64,000 nucleotides of DNA from Octopus sinensis (GCF_006345805.1 NC_042997.1:21576001-21640000); one strand, 5' to 3'; counted from the stretch's first letter, positions 27,449 through 39,018 are shown. The notes: a model not told the origin generated them from the sequence alone. Translations and numbers: made by a program.

Positions 27449-27850
27449 GGCAGAGAGCTAGCAAAAACGTTAGCACGCTGGGCGAAATGCGTAGCGGTAT
27501 TTCGTCTGCCGTTACGTTCTGAGTTCAAATTACGCCGAGGTCGACTTTGCCTTTCATCCTTACGGGGTCGATTAAATAAGTACCAGTTACGCACTGGGGT
27601 CGATATAATCGACTTAATCCGTTTGTCTGTCCTTGTTTGTCCCCTCTGTGTTTAGCTCCTTGTGGGTAGTAAAGAAATAGGTATTTCGTCTGTCTTTACG
27701 TTCTGAGTTCAAATTCCGCCGAGAGTGACTTTGCCTTTCATCCCTTCGGGGTCGATAAATTAAGTACCAGTTGCGTACTGGGATCGATCTAATCGACAGG
27801 CCTCCTCCACAAAATATTCAGGCCTTGTGCCTAGAGTACAAAAGAACGTG
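27449..27850 (+). mobile_element. Dimeric SINE with an 11-bp TSD
   Basis: cagaactctaa occurs at 27438-27448 and 27851-27861, flanking the element. Confidence 0.9.
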
Positions 27851-28291
27851 CAGAACTCTAAACATTTTCGAACTGCCCTAATTGTGATGGTAGGTATTGG
27901 CTTGTCACGTTAAATTGACAGTATACAACCATTCTATCGCCCCACCACCGTACATATCTCTATGAGATATTTAGAAATTTAATATTTATTGTTTGTTTAT
28001 CTATTAATTATTTAATTTTATTATTTAATTACTATTTTATAATTTATTATGTGACCAACGGCGATGTTGATTTAACCTTTCCAGCTAGTAATCGATCGAT
28101 CGTCGGTTCACTTCATCCTGAAGGTGACAAGAGACTAACATTGTAGCTTGGATTGGACGAAACATGTACCACCAAAAGGACTTTTGCTCGGAAAAACCAG
28201 TCTAAAACTTTACAAAGTTTTATACTCACCACCAATAAATCGACACAAGATATAAAAACGCATATACATATATATACATACATACATACAT

Positions 28292-28415
<124 letters not shown>

Positions 28416-28420
28416 AATAT

Positions 28421-28743
28421 CATGGCTCAGTGGTTAGAGCGTCGAGCTTACGATCGTGAGGTTGTGAGCTCGAATCCCGGACCGGGCTGGGTGTTGTGTT
28501 CTTGAGCAAGGCACTTTATTTCACGTTGCTCCAGTTCACTCAGCTGTAGAAATGAGTTGCGACGTCACTGGTGCCAAGCTGTATCGACCTTTGTCTTTCC
28601 CTTGGATAACACTGGTGGCGTGGAGAGGGGAGGCCGGTATGCATGGGCGACTGCTGGTCTTCCATAAACAACCTTGCCCGGACTTGTGTCTAGGAGGGTA
28701 ACTCTCTAGGTGCAATCCCATGGTCATTCATGACCGAAGGGGG

Positions 28744-28748
<5 letters not shown>
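28421..28748 (+). mobile_element. tRNA-derived SINE inserted in (TA)n
   Basis: tggctcagtggttagagc A box, gctcgaatccc B box, cttgagcaaggcac core; TA repeats on both sides. Confidence 0.85.
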
Positions 28749-28814
<66 letters not shown>

Positions 28815-29912
28815 TACACACACACACAAACATGATTTCGAGGACTTATTTTGTAATTTTATAAAACAACTCTAATCTAGCAAAAACGAAATGTATATTA
28901 ATTCTGAAAAAATGTACTCGAGAAGCTTCCTTATTAGATTTTATGAATCCCCTCTTCAGCACCAATGAATTTAATTCGGGACAGGAATCATTGACATGCC
29001 TGCACTAAATGGTTCTTATTCGTTTCAGACATCACCAGGACAATGCTGGACTACACTGAAGGTATGGTATTTGTGGGGTGTCGATATTTCAACATCGCTC
29101 CAAACCTAGAATTTAAATCCGTCTCAATTTAAAGGCATTAATTCTAAAACTAGAAAAATATGAGCTGGCATAAAATTACCTTCGTTACTCATCTTTCCTA
29201 AAACCATCACAGCTGCTAGAATTTAGTGTGCATCACTTGGAAGACATCAGCAGTATCTGTACATAACAATCTGTCGTTTCTGTAGTTAGACTTTTGATCT
29301 CGGTCAAAGTTTTTCTCATCGGTGAGGAACCAAAGTATGCCATGTTCGTAAGGTGAGAGTTTTTAACTTTAATAAGTAACCGCTTTACACAGATCAAACA
29401 AATTTCCTGTTTCTTTCCAGACATGAATTGGCCTTTTTTGGTACGTACAACATTCAGAACTCGTTTCTCACAGTACTGCCCGACATCTGAATTTATTTGG
29501 CGATGGCTCGCTTTGATTTTTCTTGGTTCAATAGTACTTTGAACCAGATGGATAAATTGCGACGATCTTATAATGGCCGAACGTTTACAATATTGTTTTT
29601 CCCTCAACAATGCAGTTGAACCTTTCCTGGTAGAAGCATTCAATTCCGCCCTATCTTTGCGTACAAAAGATCTTGCAGCACTTAGAAAGTTGACAATTTA
29701 TCACTCGGTGTGTATCTAATATCAATGATTGCATGTCTTTTCATTTCTTGTATTTTTCAGGGCTAGCAAAATCTAAAAGAAATAAAATCGTTTTAACTAT
29801 TTTGAAGAGAGTAATTTACTGATAATTAAATGTCCTCGAATATGCTTTGCATCTTGTGCATATAATTATATGTCTGTGTGTGTGTGTATGTATACACATA
29901 TATATGTGTATG

Positions 29913-29964
<52 letters not shown>

Positions 29965-30049
29965 TTAGATATGTTTCAACCAAAGATTGGTCCAGGCCAT
30001 GTCTAACTTAATAGCACCACCTGATAGGATTATCTGAATCCTGTTTAAG

Positions 30050-32950
30050 TCAAGTTTTGTTTATGGTCCATTCAAGTAGTGAGTTTTTGTTGGGTGAGTT
30101 GTATCCAATTATGGGTGGGTTATCTGGTATTCCTTGAAGGAATCTATCCAGACTCCGTTTAAAGTTGATGGGATCCTTTTCCTCTTTGATCTCTTTCAGG
30201 ACAATGTTAAATAGGGCAGGGCCTGTTGAGGAAAAGAAATTATGTTGCAGTGTACATGCATGTTGTGATCTTGAATTGGGCAGGGGACGTATGGCCCGTG
30301 GTCCCAGTCTTGGATGAACCTTGAAGCTAATGTTCAGGTCGTTTGGGCAAAGTTGGCAGTATATTCTCCACATCGTACAAATGATGTACCGCTCACGGCG
30401 ACGCTGGAGAGAGTAGAGTTTCAAGGCTTTAAGGCGATCCCAATAATCGAGAGCAGCCATGCCTTCAATTCGTTTAGTGAGTGCCCTCTGGGGTGATTCA
30501 ATCCTCGAGATGTTTTGTCTTGTATGGGGAGACCACAGTGGGCAGCAGTATTCGTACAAAGGAGGAGAAAAGTGGTATGATGACACCTTGTTCTCTGGAC
30601 CGGAAAGTTCTTAAGATCCAGGAACTCATCCTACGAGCTATATCGACCTTCTTGTTGATGTGTGCACTCCAACTGAGATCGTCATCAACAATTACACCCA
30701 GGTCTCTGATATTGTTAGAGGCTGTGAGCGGTTCCCCTGAAGGAAGAGAGTATGGCTGTTTTAGTGAGGAATTTCTTCCAAAATGCATCAGCTCAAATTT
30801 TCCCTCATTCAGTTGCATTTTGTTTCTGTCTGCCCATTCACTCACAGCATATAGATCAGACTGGAGTTGAGTTCGGTCTGCTTCTTCATTGACGATTTAC
30901 TGGAGCTTAGTGTCATCAGCAAATATTTTCACTTTGCAGTAATGTACGACACTGGAAAGGTCGTTTATATAGATTATAAAGAGTAGCGGGCCCAAGACAG
31001 TCCCCTGGGGGACACCGCTGGTGACTTTTGCTGGGCTTGAGTGCACTCCATCAACTACAACATGTTGTGTTCTATTCGCCAGGAAATACTTAATCCAGTG
31101 TAGAACTTTTTCACGGATTCCAACATTTGCCAATTTTGAGAGTAGGATATTATGGTCTACCCTGTGGAACGCTTTATTGAAGTCAAGACATATGACATCA
31201 GAGTTCGAACCTGTTCCCAAGGCTTTGAGTATATCTTCAATGTGGTGTAAGAGCTGTGTTAGACAGTCTCTGCCACAGCGAAAGCCATGCTGATTTGCAT
31301 TTAGGAGTTTGTGGGCCTCCAGGAAGTCAGCTATCCTTGATCTTAACACTCTTTCAAACACTTTAATGATGTGGGAGGTGAGTAAGATTGGGCGATAGTT
31401 GACTGCGAGAGATCTGTTTCCCTGTTTGAAAACCGGGATGACTGACTGGGATAGAAACTGTTTCGGTATATAACCTGCGTCTAACGAATTTCTCCAGAGG
31501 TTGGTGTCTACATTAATTGAGGAGACTAGCGGGGAATCTATCAGGGCCTACAGCAGAGTAGTATTTGACCTCATTTATTGCTGCTACGATGTCAGTGGCA
31601 GTGAAGGTTATGTCTGAGATTTTATGTTGGGAATCAACTTCGTTCGCTTCTCTTACGTCAATATCAGTATCAGTGGGAACACTAAAGACAGAACAGTATT
31701 GTTTCTGCAGTATTTCTGCCATTTCTTTAGCATCGTGTTGGGGAATGCCGTTATCATCAATCAATGGCCCAATGGATGAGACAGTGGTTCTATGCTTATT
31801 TGCATAAGAATAGAACACTTTTGGGTTCCGTTTGATATTTTTGATTACCCACTGTTCCTCCACAACTCTTTGATTTTCAATGGAGGTTTTCATGTCGGTC
31901 TGCAGATGAAGTTTTTCCAGCTCTAGCCTTTTCATTGTTGTTGAATGTGGATGTTGTATGTGGGAATATTTTAATTGGTTGATTCTTTTATTGAGTCTTT
32001 TGATGCGCCTGATGAGTGTTTTTTTCTTTTTAGGGAGCCGGTTTCTGTTTGTGTTAGTAGATTTCGTGGGAGCGTATTTAGAGCATGTATAGGTGACAAT
32101 GTTTTCAAAGTGCTGCCATGCGGCCTCAATATGGGTGGAATTGAGAGTAAAAGACCAGTCGATGAAAGACAGATCCTTTCTGATTGCTCCCCAGTCCGCT
32201 TTGTGGAAGTTTATGTTGTCAAATGAATGCCATGGAGTATTCTGAGAGGAGGGTTTTTTCAACTGAAATACTGTGAACGAAGCTAGAGTGATTGGTCAAT
32301 ACCAGATCCAAGATCGTTTTATTCTGTCTCGTTGGTTCGAATACTAGCTGAGTCAGGAAGAATTCATCCATTAGATTAAAGAGCAGTTCTGCTGCTGCTC
32401 TATCTGATGTAGAGCATTTGCCTAACTTCAGAGTATTTGTGGGCCAGTTCACACGAGGGAGGTTAAAATCACCCATCACTAGTATGTTTCCGGAGTTATA
32501 CTTCCGAAAGAAGGACTTGACTTTGCTAAGGCACACTTCAAAGCACTTTAGAGGTGCTTGGGGAGGCATGTAAAGACCAACAATGATTATGTCCTTGGCC
32601 TTGCTGAATAGTGATACAGATTCACAATAGCCATTGGAAAATATGTCCTTGGCATCAAGTGAAAAGGAGTCATGGATAAAGATGGCTGTCCCTCCCTTAT
32701 TTCGGTCTGTGCGATCCGCACGAACAATGGTGAAATCTTTTATTTTCACCTCGGCGTCCATATGGGTGTTGTTCAGGTGAGTCTCAGTAAGGATAAAGAA
32801 AGGGAAGCAATGTGCCGTTTCGGCAAGCCAACTCTCTATAGATGGGATCTTCCATTTTTGGGCAATAATTGATGGGTTGATGCCACGTACATTTAACAGA
32901 AATGTCGAGGTAAGGGAAGTTTGATGTTTGCATTGTTCTAAGTTATGTTT
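30050..32950 (-). pseudogene. LINE ORF2: AP endonuclease and reverse transcriptase, frameshifted
   Basis: LNVRGI..LTETHL..RADR..KGG..GDFNLP..LDLVLTN (32219-33049); QHGFR..LDFNKAFHRVDH..GVPQGTVLGPLLF..FADDTKL (30897-31361); YCCPLWSP..LYSLQRRRER (30050-30586). Confidence 0.9.
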
Positions 32951-32958
32951 TATGTTGT

Positions 32959-34208
32959 TCAGTAGTAACAATGTGGGTAGTTCTTGTATGGAGCTGTGTG
33001 TGTATGATTTTCTTGTTGGTAGTGGGTGTGTGGTCCTTGTGATTTGCATAGATGGTTGCTGATAGCTCGTTGGATATCCTTGCTTAGGTCGGCCTTCATA
33101 TTTTCTAGGTAAGTCAATAAAAAAGAGTTGCCTCTTTGGTTTGCCACTTGGTCAGAGGATACATATTTCATGTTTATGTTATTTGGTGTTATGGTTTTTT
33201 CATGGTTCTGTTTTTGTTGTTTGATTGTAGGAGGGAAAACGTGGTTGTATTTTGTTTTTGTTGTTGTCGTAGATCTCCTCTGTTGCTGTTTATATTTATT
33301 TTGCGATCGTTTTGTGCCCTTCAGATGGTAATGGTTGCATTCTGGGTTCAGGCACATCCTTAATGACACAGAAGTTTGGCACAGTTTAGGATGGAAGAAG
33401 GTGCATCCATTGCCTTTTGTGCATCCATATTTGGGATCAGGACCATGGACTCTGTATTTAGGACAGTATTTGGGGTGGAGGTGAGGGCAGTTTTTTCCCG
33501 TTATACCAAATGGACAGGTGCCCATAACAAGTCTACGACATAAGGTAGGATGGAAAAAAGCACAGCATCCCTTGTTGTTGGTGCCACTGGGGCCAAATCT
33601 ACAGTTGCCTTGAGAATAGTAACGGCGAGGTGTTTGACGTGGGTGTAGTAGTGGTTTTTCTATTCTGGCAGGCCCGTTGGTCAGTGGTCCTATTTAGTAG
33701 CAATAGCAGAGTGTTGTTTTTGTTGTTGTTGCTGTTGCTGTAGCAGCAGTGAAGCTTGACTTGCAACAGTAGGGCTGGGTGGAATCGGGTAAGATACTGG
33801 TGCTAAACAAGGTGCTTCCAATGTAGTAGCAGAAGCAGGCTGTTGTTGTGATAGTGAGTCCTGGCTTGCCAAGGTAGTGTTGGGTGGAATTAGGTCAGAT
33901 GTTTGTTGCTGGCTATCGGGTCGTTGAAGTGACCCCTGACCTGTTGGAGTTGGGTCATTTGGTGCACTACATTCATTGACAAGGATGGCTTCTAGTGTTG
34001 CCATGTGCGTGTGGAAAATAGGAAATGTTCTTACAATCTCTTTTATTTTATTTTCGATCTGTTTTACAGATCTGTGAAAGGATTGTTTTGCTAATGTTTC
34101 AGCTATTTTACTTTAAGCATTAGCTTCATTATGGTGAGTGTACCAAGCATTTATCAGTGCAGTAATTTCATTATCAACCCAGTGGCCTTTTTGAATATCA
34201 TTGGCCAT
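32959..34208 (-). pseudogene. LINE ORF1: Myb/SANT-trihelix-like N-terminus, Q/P/S-rich linker and four CCCH-like zinc fingers
   Basis: The ATG at 34208 is in frame with ORF 33690-34004, with one TAA at 34115-34113. One frameshift near 33695 leads into the finger array that continues as ORF 32959-33525. Confidence 0.7.
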
Positions 34209-34671
34209 ATTCAGTGGGGCAGTATTATACACAGTACGTCAGTTATTGATGGCTTGATGTATAATAGTGAATACACCGTTGAAAAGTTTGTGTCAATATA
34301 TTCGGAAATGCGTGGCTATATCTGAGTGTGTGTGGGAGAGTTCAGTGTATTTAGTACAAATCAGGATGAGCGGTGTGTTTAATACAGATCAAGAGAAAAG
34401 AATTGTACTCACGGGACTAGTTTTAGAACTAGTCTTGGGTTTAGTTTTGGTTTATCTTTCTTTCTCCAGGTTGTATATAGATTTGTATAAATTTTTCCTC
34501 CGATGGTAGTAAAAGAGTAGAAAAGTAGAATTGTAGAATTCAAAAGTTCTGGGACTCAAAATAAGGAGAGTTTCTGCTGGCTTGAGTTGAAATATGCTTC
34601 TTTGGCTACTGACTTGACCGGAGCTACGAAAAGTACGTCTTGTCACGACGAATGCCCAGCTTATCCATCAT

Positions 34672-34887
34672 TAAGCAACATGATATCAAGAGATGATGCA
34701 GTACGACCGTTTCAAGCGGCTCCATTTAATTGAACAATGCAATCATTACATCAATTTAAATGCATTTTTAATCAGCCGGACACATTAATATTTAAATATT
34801 TAAATTGATACAATGATTACATTGTTCAATTAAATGGGGCCGCTTGAAACGATCGTACTGTATCACCTCTCGATATCCTGTAGCTTA
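34672..34887. repeat. ~215-bp MITE-like palindrome (80-bp core arms, 36-nt loop)
   Basis: 34682-34761 pairs with 34798-34877, with 8 mismatches, all transitions. The outer ends read TA..TA. Confidence 0.85.
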
Positions 34888-35415
34888 TTTTGATTTTATT
34901 CATCTTACATTGAGTTGTACGGATAATACCGCACTGATTTGATGCTTAAACTTAAGTAACTAATTCAAATGAATCTCAATAATATATATATATATATATA
35001 TATATACATACATACACACACACACACCACACACACACACACACACACAAATATATACAGGCATAAAGCTGAAAATTTCAGACCTAGAGTTTAGTAGTGA
35101 GTTAGGGATAGAATCTTAGATCTGAGAAGGATCTGTGCTCTTTCAGCTAAATATAGTTTACAGCGGTTGTAAACATATGTCTAAGTACATTTGGAAGAAT
35201 TGGGAAATTCCGCCTATATGTGATTAACTTGTTGATATCTTTCCAGCCTTATAGTTTAAGGACTAAGGGAGATAGCTCTTTTACCTCTTTTTTACTTTTT
35301 ACTTTTTCGTTTTCCGTTTTCCGTTTTTTAACCTTGCATGTTTTCCATATGCTTCCTCCTCAACTTTTCGTGTATCTGCACTCATTTAAATTTTAGTTCA
35401 TTCTGACATGTGATT

Positions 35416-35472
35416 TGTGCCTGATGAATATGTTTCAAGTATTTCTTCACATATAAAACTATTAGTAGCACA
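35416..35472 (+). ncRNA. Type-I hammerhead-like relic with G12-to-A
   Basis: Stem I tgtgc/gcaca, core CTGATGA, stem II atatgt/acatat, AAAA in place of GAAA, stem III acta-t-tagt, cleavage triplet GUA. Confidence 0.6.
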
Positions 35473-35505
35473 TACAAACATGTATTGTGTCTATTAAATA
35501 ATATA

Positions 35506-35623
<118 letters not shown>

Positions 35624-35989
35624 TTATATATATATTGATAAAACGGTAAGATAACAAAAGAAAGAAAGAGACCTCAATATTATGTAAATAGAGGAAATTT
35701 ATCTATACAATATGTTACATTACTCGGTAGTCAAGATAAAACTCTGAGTTTCAGATGCCGAAGTGGAAATCCACAACACCATCTCTTCGGTTATCTGGCT
35801 ATTTGAAAACGTTATGAAAAAATACCGTTAAATAAAGGGAAATTACTCTGTTATAACTCTGCTTGCCTGCGTTCTTATACATCGCTCGCATTTTTCGTCA
35901 TAAAAATTATATAAAAATACATAAAAAATATATAAAAAATATATAAAAATATATAAATTCTTCTTGGGACATATCATAGAAAGCATGTT

Positions 35990-37216
35990 CTATCTGTTTT
36001 CTTTAGGGGACCAAAAACGTAACAGAAACTTAGTCACATGTGGGCATGATCCGAAAAGCTCTGTCCTTGTATTTAGACATGTAGTAGGGTCTAAGCTGCT
36101 TTTCCAGATAAGCCATCTCTCCATGTCGCATAGACCGCACCTTCCGCTGCCGTTAGTATAGGGCTTACATCTGGCCAACATCTTCCATTGTATGTTATAA
36201 TCGACACCTTTATCTCTTAAAGACCAAATATGATTAGACAATTGTGTCGCTTTTCTTTTGTTCCAGTGCCTAAAGCTCAAAGTGTGGTTATTGAACCTGG
36301 CCTTGAAATTACCATCTGTAAGGCCCACGTATTTCTTCGTCGAAACGGTGTCTTTAGTGGTTATAGAGTTTACGGTAGCTTCATATATGATGGTCTTGGA
36401 CATGCAAGCTCCATTTAGCGGGCACAATTCTTTATTCCTGCATGAACAGCTGTTTTCTTCTTGTGTTTTTTGTATGTTATGTTTGATTATGTTTTAAAAT
36501 TGGTAGTTGAACTAAAACTAATTTTTAAATTGTGTCTATTGAAGAGTTTCCTATAAGTATGGTTAACTGGAAAATGTCTATCTATCAGTGCTAGGAAATA
36601 TTTACCTATTGAAGGCCACCTCGGGTGAGTAAGGGGGCGTAAACCAGATGACCTTCCTATTTCTATTATTCCTTTTCTTTACTGTTGGGCTAGTGATAGG
36701 TGTATATTTTATTTTATCGCTAAAACCACTATCTTTTAAAGCCTTATTATAAATTGGGGCAACGCTATTGAAGATGTCCTCATCAGATGAGAGGCTAGAA
36801 ATCCTCTTACTAATATTTTTAACTAAATTTTTGAATACTATAGGGGGATGGCATGAACCTACATTAATATAACTTAGTCTATCATTGGGCTTCCTATAAG
36901 GCTTATAAATATTCTTATTAAGATCTAAGGAAACGTCTAAGAAATTGACAACCGTCAAGTTAGTATCTATAGTTATACTAAGTCCGAAGTGCTTCATTAA
37001 CTGGATAATATCCTTTCTAAAACGATCTTGTGCTGGTCCATTTGTATTAGCTGTTAAGGCGAGGGCATCATCTTTGTAGATGGCGAAATGTACGTTAGGG
37101 AATGTCTTACCTAAGGTATCTAGGAGAAAAAGTCCAATTAGATCACAGATGCCTGCCCCATCATATGAACCCATGCTCACATCGAAAGCGCCCTCTGTGT
37201 CGGTGTTTTTTACCCA
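35990..37216 (-). pseudogene. Inverted copy of the same PLE ORF (2-bp deletion near 36605 and 1-bp deletion near 36495)
   Basis: ORFs 36602-37180 and 35990-36427 are identical in protein to the matching parts of the plus-strand copy. Confidence 0.88.
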
Positions 37217-37245
37217 CTTTTTTTACTTTTCAGTGAGGACGCAAA

Positions 37246-38473
37246 TGGGTAAAAAACACCGACACAGAGGGCGCTTTCGATGTGAGCATGGGTTCATATG
37301 ATGGGGCAGGCATCTGTGATCTAATTGGACTTTTTCTCCTAGATACCTTAGGTAAGACATTCCCTAACGTACATTTCGCCATCTACAAAGATGATGCCCT
37401 CGCCTTAACAGCTAATACAAATGGACCAGCACAAGATCGTTTTAGAAAGGATATTATCCAGTTAATGAAGCACTTCGGACTTAGTATAACTATAGATACT
37501 AACTTGACGGTTGTCAATTTCTTAGACGTTTCCTTAGATCTTAATAAGAATATTTATAAGCCTTATAGGAAGCCCAATGATAGACTAAGTTATATTAATG
37601 TAGGTTCATGCCATCCCCCTATAGTATTCAAAAATTTAGTTAAAAATATTAGTAAGAGGATTTCTAGCCTCTCATCTGATGAGGACATCTTCAATAGCGT
37701 TGCCCCAATTTATAATAAGGCTTTAAAAGATAGTGGTTTTAGCGATAAAATAAAATATACACCTATCACTAGCCCAACAGTAAAGAAAAGGAATAATAGA
37801 AATAGGAAGGTCATCTGGTTTACGCCCCCTTACTCACCCGAGGTGGCCTTCAATATAGGTAAATATTTCCTAGCACTGATAGATAGACATTTTCCAGTTA
37901 ACCATACTTATAGGAAACTCTTCAATAGACACAATTTAAAAATTAGTTTTAGTTCAACTACTAATTTTAAAAACATAATCAAACATAACATACAAAAAAC
38001 ACAAGAAGAAAACAGCTGTTCATGCAGGAATAAAGAATTGTGCCCGCTAAACGGAGCTTGCATGTCCAAGACCATCATATATGAAGCTACCGTAAACTCT
38101 ATAACCACTAAAGACACCGTTTCGACGAAGAAATACGTGGGCCTTACAGATGGTAATTCAAGGCCAGGTTCAATAACCACACTTGAGCTTTAGGCACTGG
38201 AACAAAAGAAAAGCGACACAATTGTCTAATCATATTTGGTCTTTAAGAGATAAAGGTGTCGATTATAACATACAATGGAAGATGTTGGCCAGATGTAAGC
38301 CCTATACTAACGGCAGCGGAAGGTGCGGTCTATGCGACATGGAGAGATGGCTTATCTGGAAAAGCAGCTTAGACCCTACTACATGTCTAAATACAAGGAC
38401 AGAGCTTTTCGGATCATGCCCACATGTGACTAAGTTTCTGTTACGTTTTTGGTCCCCTAAAGAAAACAGATAG
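37246..38473 (+). pseudogene. 5'-truncated PLE ORF: RT C-terminal half and GIY-YIG endonuclease (two 1-bp deletions near 38155-38175)
   Basis: WVKN..FDVSMGSYDGA..YKDDAL..NFLDVSLDL..HPP..WFTPPYS..CSCRNKELCPLNGAC..IIYEA..YVGLT. Confidence 0.88.
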
Positions 38474-38666
38474 AACATGCTTTCTATGATATGTCCCAAG
38501 AAGAATTTATATATTTTTATATATTTTTTATATATTTTTTATGTATTTTTATATAATTTTTATGACGAAAAATGCGAGCGATGTATAAGAACGCAGGCAA
38601 GCAGAGTTATAACAGAGTAATTTCCCTTTATTTAACGGTATTTTTTCATAACGTTTTCAAATAGCC

Positions 38667-38729
38667 AGATAACCGAAGAGATGGTGTTGTGGATTTCCAC
38701 TTCGGCATCTGAAACTCAGAGTTTTATCT
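38667..38729 (+). ncRNA. Type-I hammerhead-like fold in the PLE 3' terminal region (mirror copy at 35734-35796, minus strand)
   Basis: Stem I agataa/ttatct, core CCGAAGA (U4-to-C), stem II gatg/catc, one extra T, GAAA, stem III actc-a-gagt, triplet GUU. Confidence 0.55.
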
Positions 38730-38778
38730 TGACTACCGAGTAATGTAACATATTGTATATATATATATATATATATAT

Positions 38779-39018
38779 AAATTAGAAAAAACACCTTTTA
38801 TCAATTCAACAATGAAAAATAAAATTATACCATTTAGAAAAATTACATATTTATAAAAAGATTAAATACAAGATAAAACATATAACAATGATTAAGTAAT
38901 GTGCAGAATAATAAATAAAACGTACGTTTTATCTTATATTTAATCTTTCTATAATATGTAATTTTTCTAAATGGTATAATTTAATGTTTCATTATTGAAT
39001 TGATTTTTTTTCTAATTT
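38779..39018. repeat. AT-rich mini fold-back (~100-bp arms, 46-nt loop) between (TA)n tracts
   Basis: 38779-38879 pairs imperfectly with 38926-39018. Confidence 0.8.

Larger units (their letters stand above)
29961..34650 (-). mobile_element. Near full-length CR1/L2-type LINE (5'UTR, ORF1, APE-RT ORF2, short 3'UTR ending at (TA)n)
   Basis: The APE, RT and C-terminal ORFs are collinear on the minus strand and broken by a few frameshifts. Confidence 0.9.
35641..38759. mobile_element. Penelope-like element as a 3.1-kb fold-back (arms 35704-37216 and 37246-38759, 29-bp spacer), flanked by (TA)n
   Basis: The arms are reverse complements. The differences I found are four small indels and one synonymous substitution. 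Confidence 0.92.

Noticed and set aside
28110-28175. Hammerhead-like ctgaagg...gaaacatgta
   Set aside because: Stems I and II do not pair and the core deviates. At best an old pLTR remnant.
29233-29697. About 155 stop-free codons on the minus strand
   Set aside because: No Met start, no recognisable domain, and no homologue within the window.
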